Part shown: piece after piece, positions 32,485 through 35,311 of the stretch | How the letters are laid out: each line of letters begins with the position of its first letter | Position numbering within the stretch: the first letter of the stretch is position 1 | IMG/VR virus record: IMGVR_UViG_3300045988_070681 | Strand: one strand, 5' to 3' | DNA: 35,311 nucleotides | Source of the DNA: a virus | Program-made: the position numbers and the translations under genes | The notes under the pieces: model-generated | The model's database searches: none | Seen by the model: only the letters and a program-made list of their open reading frames with translations | Told to the model about the DNA's origin: nothing

Positions 32485-33648
32485 TTAGCCTTCTACGTCG
32501 AAGTCGCAGAGCGGGCTATATTCCACGCCCTTAGCCGATTCAGGTACTAGCTTTGGCGCTCCGGGTCTCGATTCGATAGCGTCTCCGAACCTCGCGCTAA
32601 ATGCCTTTTTGCCTACCAGCTTTTCGAGATCGCCGATACCCTTTAGTTTGATGTTTAAAACCTCGTCCTCGAGGAACTCGTTTAGGAGCGCTTGGCGTAT
32701 CTTCGCCTCGTCCTTGATAACTCGGCTTGTCCTACCCGCTACGAGCTTGTAGCCCTCCCATTTGTGCCCCTGCATCGCCCTATCGTAGACGTACTTATTA
32801 ACCGATTCGATCCAGCTCTTATACGTGTCTATTTTGCCGATTAGGTCTACTATCTCCTCGTCTGATAATAACAGGGGCTCGGGCTTCCCGTCGAAGTCTG
32901 CAAGAATTGCGTCACGTTGTGCCCTGCATTGGGCTTTGACCGGGCAAAAACCGCACCAGCTTCCGATAACCTGTTTTCCTACGCCCTGTATCGCCTTCTT
33001 TGCGGCTGGTTTTAGGACTTTCTCCGCCCACGCTAACAAATCCTTCTTAGGCATTTCGAACGTGTCGTAATGGTCTAATCTGACTTGCGCGATCGTCATC
33101 CGAATTTTCTCGGTATGGTCCGTTTCCGGGCTTTTCAAGGTTCCAAGGGCGTACATTAACATTTGTTCGTTCATGCCGGCGTACACCTTCACGCCCGCAC
33201 CGTACTTCAAATCTATAATGTGTATCGTCTTGCCAGATACAAGTGTCACGTCTACCGATCCGAAGGAGCCCGGCGCGAAGTCTGTAATGTCTACCCGGCG
33301 CTCTAGGTACATCCGGCACGCGCCATCCTGTTTTTGCATCTCGTAGCCTTCTCCGATAACAAACTCGCAATAGCTCCGTATATAGTCCGCCATATCGATA
33401 CTGAAGAGCGTGTTTTCAAGATGTTCGTTTTTCAACGGTACTGCATCATCAACTATCGGGTCGTATTCACCTTCCAGGTATTTGGTCAAAGCGTATTCGG
33501 CTATCTCGTGTGCTAGTGTCCCCTCCTCTGCGTAAACGCTTGGCTTGCCGCCTGCTTCTTCTGCAAGTAGTGCAGACGGCGTGCAGTTGATCCACCGTTT
33601 CGCACTACTAGGCGATAAAATCGCATGGTCCCTTTCCGCGTGTCCCAT
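32485..33648 (-). CDS. DUF2800-type PD-(D/E)XK (Cas4-like) nuclease
   Basis: SPSSAKRWINC, IHIIDLKYG (DxK) and the C-terminal CGFCPVKAQC give a Cas4-like 1+3 Cys arrangement. This is the canonical partner of DUF2815 and PolA. Confidence 0.8.
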   Translation of the reverse strand: MGHAERDHAILSPSSAKRWINCTPSALLAEEAGGKPSVYAEEGTLAHEIAEYALTKYLEGEYDPIVDDAVPLKNEHLENTLFSIDMADYIRSYCEFVIGEGYEMQKQDGACRMYLERRVDITDFAPGSFGSVDVTLVSGKTIHIIDLKYGAGVKVYAGMNEQMLMYALGTLKSPETDHTEKIRMTIAQVRLDHYDTFEMPKKDLLAWAEKVLKPAAKKAIQGVGKQVIGSWCGFCPVKAQCRAQRDAILADFDGKPEPLLLSDEEIVDLIGKIDTYKSWIESVNKYVYDRAMQGHKWEGYKLVAGRTSRVIKDEAKIRQALLNEFLEDEVLNIKLKGIGDLEKLVGKKAFSARFGDAIESRPGAPKLVPESAKGVEYSPLCDFDVEG

Positions 33649-34205
33649 TACAGGCGAGTTGAGATGTATTCGATGAACTCCGCAAACATAGATTCCTTAA
33701 GTGTCGGGAAAGACGTTGCTCCTACCTGTTCAAACGCTTCTTGTACAATATGGCGTTTCTTTGCGTTTAAAGCCTTCATAGCCCACTGCTTGCACTCTTC
33801 CACTGTGTGCTCCGTTTCGTCCTTAGCGGGCTTCCCTACCGGTGCGGCGGGGGCGGGCGCTTCTGCTGGTGCTGGTGCTTCTGCTGGTGCAGGTGCTTCT
33901 GCTGGTGCTGGTGCTTCTGCTGGTGCTGGTGCTTCAACCTTTGCAGGTTCTTCCACCTTCTTCGTGCGGCTCGCCCTATTCTTAGCGCGTTCCTCGGCTA
34001 TGTGTTCCGATACGGTTTTGACTTGTGCGGCTTCTTCACCCTTCACCTTCGTTGCTTCTGCCACGGCGTCCGCCAACTTGTCAAGACCTGTTTTCTTCTC
34101 GGTCATCGCGGGTGCGGTTTCGCCTGCCAGCTCGCGCAAATAATTAGATGTTGCCAACAAATCCTGTTTACTCTCTGTTCCTGATAATTCGATTACTACT
34201 TTCAT
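33648..34205 (-). CDS. Hypothetical protein with an (APAPAE)n linker
   Basis: 185 aa. The ATG at 34205 overlaps the HTH ORF stop (ATGA). The central repeat is encoded by 33859-33936. Confidence 0.65.
   Translation of the reverse strand: MKVVIELSGTESKQDLLATSNYLRELAGETAPAMTEKKTGLDKLADAVAEATKVKGEEAAQVKTVSEHIAEERAKNRASRTKKVEEPAKVEAPAPAEAPAPAEAPAPAEAPAPAEAPAPAAPVGKPAKDETEHTVEECKQWAMKALNAKKRHIVQEAFEQVGATSFPTLKESMFAEFIEYISTRL
33859..33936. repeat. Tandem repeat, 18-bp unit gcttctgctggtgctggt x 4.3
   Basis: Read directly. Units at 33859, 33877 (one substitution), 33895 and 33913, plus a partial unit. Confidence 0.95.
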
Positions 34206-34381
34206 TTTTTCTTAAAATTAAAAATTGTTTCTAATAGCTCGTTTTTGTTCACTCTGATTTTTCCTACGCCGTTCTCGTACCGGGTGAGCTTTCCCGAATT
34301 GAGTTGATAGCGTATCGCGTTCTCCGTAACCTCGGCGATCCGGGCGGCTTCCGCGACTGTGATTAACTCGGCTTTTTCCAT
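34202..34381 (-). CDS. Small helix-turn-helix DNA-binding protein (excisionase/MerR-like HTH_17 type, 59 aa), not on the ORF track
   Basis: Hand translation gives MEKAELITVAEAARIAEVTENAIRYQLNSGKLTRYENGVGKIRVNKNELLETIFNFKKK. The pattern (hT..EaA...gvs...i...i..G.l......g...r....el..) is typical. The stop overlaps the next ATG (ATGA). Confidence 0.6.
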   Translation of the reverse strand: MEKAELITVAEAARIAEVTENAIRYQLNSGKLTRYENGVGKIRVNKNELLETIFNFKKK

Positions 34382-34698
34382 TTCATTTTGTTATTGAATT
34401 TAAAACTAAGTTCATTAGAGCCCCTGAAGGTTTTAACGTGATCAGAAAATGCGGCTTTCCGGGCTTGTTCGAAAATGCTTTCGTACCGTTTGGCATGCGG
34501 AATTATAAAGCCCCGAATTTTATATTTGAATTTTTTTCCGGCTTCTTCTTCTCGTAGCAAAGCTTTGTAGACCATTCCCGAAATACCCGGATAGCCGTAT
34601 ATATTCGTTACCTCTCCTATCGTTTCGCACGCCTTGATCCTCTCCGTTATAACCATGTAAAAGAACGCTTCTAACCTATAAATGTTTATCCCTGCCAT
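34363..34698 (-). CDS. Hypothetical protein (111 aa), first long ORF of the early block
   Basis: ATG at 34698. No motif recognised. Confidence 0.6.
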   Translation of the reverse strand: MAGINIYRLEAFFYMVITERIKACETIGEVTNIYGYPGISGMVYKALLREEEAGKKFKYKIRGFIIPHAKRYESIFEQARKAAFSDHVKTFRGSNELSFKFNNKMKWKKPS

Positions 34699-34911
34699 AT
34701 CTAGTAATATTTAATCCGGTTCTCCGTCTAGGAATAGGATAATAAGTTTATTATGGCTTTTCAGTTATTTATCGTCGGAGATTCGGGCTTTATAGCTTCA
34801 ATTAAGCGGAAACCGCACCTTCTTTTCAAATGAACTAGGATACCATCCGTGTTTCCCGTCTCGCGTCCTTTGGTTACGATTGGCGACGCTCTCATTTCTC
34901 TTTCGATGTCA

Positions 34912-34941
34912 CAAAGGTAACGCTTTATTTTGGACTACAAA
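34912..34941 (-). promoter_or_regulatory. Bacteroidota-type early promoter P3 (TTTG, 18 nt, TACCTTTG)
   Basis: The minus strand reads TTTGtagtccaaaataaagcgtTACCTTTGtgacatcgaaag. The TTTG(g)TAGTCC and TTTG..GTG.CA..AAAG flanks resemble P1 and P2. Confidence 0.65.
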
Positions 34942-34989
34942 AATATTTCCCAAAAAACTTTAGTAATTTAACTCTGATTAACTGTTTTG

Positions 34990-35311
34990 AAGGTTTGATA
35001 ACAGTGTAAAAGACAAATAGCCCTTTTTAAGTGGATCTTTACACCCTTAACTGCGTGCGTATCAGTTAGTTATGTGGCGAAAACGGGTGATATGTAAAAG
35101 ATGTAAAGATGATTTCTATAAAGTTTAAAATAAAATATTTCCATAAATTCATTCACATATTAATTCATATATTTACATATTTTATAGATTATCTCATATT
35201 TATCTGTTAGTTCTATATATCATCTTTACATCTTTTACATTAGATATATATTGATAGATAAAGTACTAGTTATTAGTGAGTTAAGTGTAAAAGATACAAA
35301 TTTTAATCATT
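34990..35311. promoter_or_regulatory. Control region A: AT-rich non-coding region with GTGTAAAAGAT-type motif copies, upstream of the early block (continues into 1-118 across the circular junction)
   Basis: Motif copies at 35004-13, 35035-45 (inverted), 35093-35103, 35102-12, 35221-29 and 35230-39 (inverted) and 35285-97, then 79-90 and 101-110 after the junction. Confidence 0.8.
35093..35239. repeat. Perfect 20-bp inverted repeat (tgtaaaagatgtaaagatga / tcatctttacatcttttaca) flanking a 107-bp AT-rich core
   Basis: Read directly: left arm 35093-35112, right arm 35220-35239. Confidence 0.95.

Noticed and set aside
14238-33370. Other nested minus-strand alternative-frame ORFs (14238..14423, 15005..15217, 16679..16894, 18370..18633, 18999..19181, 19879..20112, 19925..20110, 25364..25576, 32031..32249, 33047..33370)
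   Set aside because: All are contained within larger genes that have recognisable domains. They are Arg/Gly/Pro-rich off-frame translations.
183-34184. All plus-strand ORFs on the track (for example 3097..3351, 8370..8729, 8943..9332, 18141..18599, 23227..23733, 24763..25272, 33625..34143)
   Set aside because: Each lies fully antisense to a longer, motif-supported minus-strand gene. Their compositions are biased (Ser/Cys/Leu/Pro-rich), as expected for shadow frames. None has its own intergenic space or a recognisable motif.
35093-35239. Invertible promoter (inverton) reading of the IR-flanked AT-rich cores (also 20324..20481)
   Set aside because: The geometry (18-20-bp inverted repeats about 110-120 bp apart) resembles Bacteroides invertons. 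However, neither core contains a TTTG/TAnnTTTG promoter in either orientation, and the phage encodes no recombinase. A host invertase cannot be excluded, so the test is listed under the findings, but this is not my preferred reading.

Overview
The window is a complete tailed dsDNA phage genome. Bases 1-29 are identical to 35283-35311, so the contig closes on itself with a unit length of 35,282 bp. Every credible gene lies on the minus strand, in two co-directional blocks. The late block (20204 down to 119) reads terS, a frame-broken terL, tail fibre and baseplate-like proteins, tape measure, prohead protease/scaffold, major capsid, three tandem paralogous ~177-aa structural proteins, portal, holin, M15 endolysin and a spanin-like protein. 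The early block (34698 down to about 20797) holds a small HTH protein, a DUF2800-type PD-(D/E)XK nuclease, a DUF2815 SSB-like protein, a family A DNA polymerase, an AEP primase-SF3 helicase fusion, a VRR-NUC nuclease, an SNF2 helicase and many small unknown ORFs. Three things point to a Bacteroidota host: BACON-like repeats in a tail protein, several exact matches to the Bacteroides promoter consensus (TTTG, 18-19 nt, TAnnTTTG), and no Shine-Dalgarno sequences. No integrase or repressor module is visible. The most unusual feature is non-coding. Each gene block is preceded by a copy of the same ~330-bp AT-rich control region. Each copy carries about 10 GTGTAAAAGAT-type motifs, including an 18-20-bp inverted repeat that flanks a 107-122-bp AT-rich core. 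No sequence here explains its function; an origin, an operator array or a recombination site are all open. Other points of interest are the terL frame break at a homopolymer, a ~107-aa domain shared by two tail proteins with DNA-identical edges, a duplicated ~80-bp promoter-leader cassette driving two inserted genes, and six tightly coupled ORFs below the 60-aa track cutoff. All family assignments are motif recognition by eye; no database search was run.
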